From positions 1 to 42,872 of the forward strand of contig JAISRN010000179.1 in assembly GCA_031273605.1 (NCBI GenBank): a DNA stretch of 42,872 nucleotides. The letters are read 5' to 3'. The position numbers and the translations under genes are program-made. The notes under the pieces were generated by a model. It did no database searches. It saw only the letters and a program-made list of their open reading frames with translations, and was not told where the DNA came from. Within the stretch, counting starts at the first letter, position 1. Every line of letters begins with the position of its first letter. Source of the DNA: Spirochaetales bacterium (GTDB lineage Bacteria; Spirochaetota; Spirochaetia; UBA9216). This document shows, one piece after another, positions 42,542 to 42,872 of the stretch.

Positions 42542-42688
42542 TAATCACGGACCACACACAGGCAGGATTCCGGACTAAGAATAACCGCGAAAGGACGCGA
42601 AAAGAACAGCGAAAGGAGAATCCAATTTCTACTCCTCTTCGTCCGTGCCGTCCATAAGGAAGCTTGGTTTAATCGAGGTCCGTGGTTA
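42542..42688 (+). repeat. REP/MITE-like structured intergenic repeat, copy B (complete, with terminal inverted repeats)
   Basis: TAATCACGGACC (42542-42553) and its inverted partner GGTCCGTGGTTA (42677-42688; reverse complement TAACCACGGACC). Internal core AACCGCGAAAGGACGCGAAAAGAACAGCGAAAGG (42583-42616), colinear with copy A. Confidence 0.7.
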
Positions 42689-42737
42689 AATTAAAAATTT
42701 CTCCGCCCTGCCCGCCCTACCTCCGGGTTTTGGGCAT

Positions 42738-42767
42738 AAAAAAAGCCGTCCTTATGGGGACGGCTTT
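42738..42767 (-). terminator. Rho-independent terminator downstream of the 5S rRNA
   Basis: Minus strand reads AAAGCCGTCC-ccataa-GGACGGCTTT followed by TTTTTTA, about 40 nt after the 5S 3' end. Confidence 0.7.
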
Positions 42768-42807
42768 AATCCTTTTGGTTCTTTTGATGGGGAGAACCCA
42801 AGGAAAA

Positions 42808-42872
42808 GGCCTGGCGACGTCCTACTCTCCCGCCTTAGCAGTACCATTGGCGCTGAGGGGCTTAACTTCCGT
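42808..42872 (-). rRNA. rrf: 5S ribosomal RNA, 3' portion (truncated by the window end)
   Basis: Minus strand reads ...ACGGAAGTTAAGCCCCTCAGCGCCAATGGTACTGCTAAGGCGGGAGAGTAGGACGTCGCCAGGCC, colinear with the E. coli 5S 3' half (...GAAGTGAAAC..AGCGCCGATGGTAGTG...GAGAGTAGGGAACTGCCAGGCAT). Confidence 0.9.

Overview
GC-rich chromosomal segment, coded almost entirely on the minus strand, with the gene order typical of a spirochaete (Treponema/Spirochaeta-like; inferred from synteny, no database search was possible). Reading the minus strand from high to low coordinates: a partial 5S rRNA with its terminator; a TetR-controlled envelope cluster (MMPL/RND pump, LolA-like protein, OM beta-barrel, DUF2147); a cheW / DegT-like / nadK / recN / helical-hypothetical operon; cdd on the plus strand; a five-gene co-directional cluster (secreted beta-rich protein, degenerate M23/LytM, Zn-ribbon SAM methyltransferase, DUF4912, GH57 branching-enzyme-like); a reduced dcw cluster (mraZ-rsmH-ftsL-murF-mraY-ftsW-ftsQ-ftsA-ftsZ); xerD, a TPR lipoprotein, dprA, topA, xerC, hslVU; and the flgB flagellar operon (flgB-flgC-fliE-fliF-fliG-fliH-fliI-fliJ-flbB plus the start of a fliK-position gene). 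I saw no CRISPR array, phage or IS genes, tRNAs or obvious defence genes, so most of the window is conserved housekeeping. The points worth a second look are listed here. (1) A structured REP/MITE-like repeat occurs at two convergent gene ends, sharing the 12-mer TAAYCACGGACC and a triple CGCGAAAGG module. (2) The TetR / MMPL / LolA-like / beta-barrel / DUF2147 module has no MFP or TolC partner. Its pump carries an acidic GDFGFG-repeat insert, and its divergent promoters are palindromic. (3) A DegT-fold protein appears to lack the PLP lysine and sits in the cheW-nadK-recN operon. (4) A ~45-residue insert lies in the FliI N-terminal domain. (5) A GH57 + DUF4912 + methyltransferase + dead-LytM cluster. 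Several ORF-track starts were moved to internal starts that have Shine-Dalgarno support. All non-CDS coordinates were counted by hand and may be off by a few nt.
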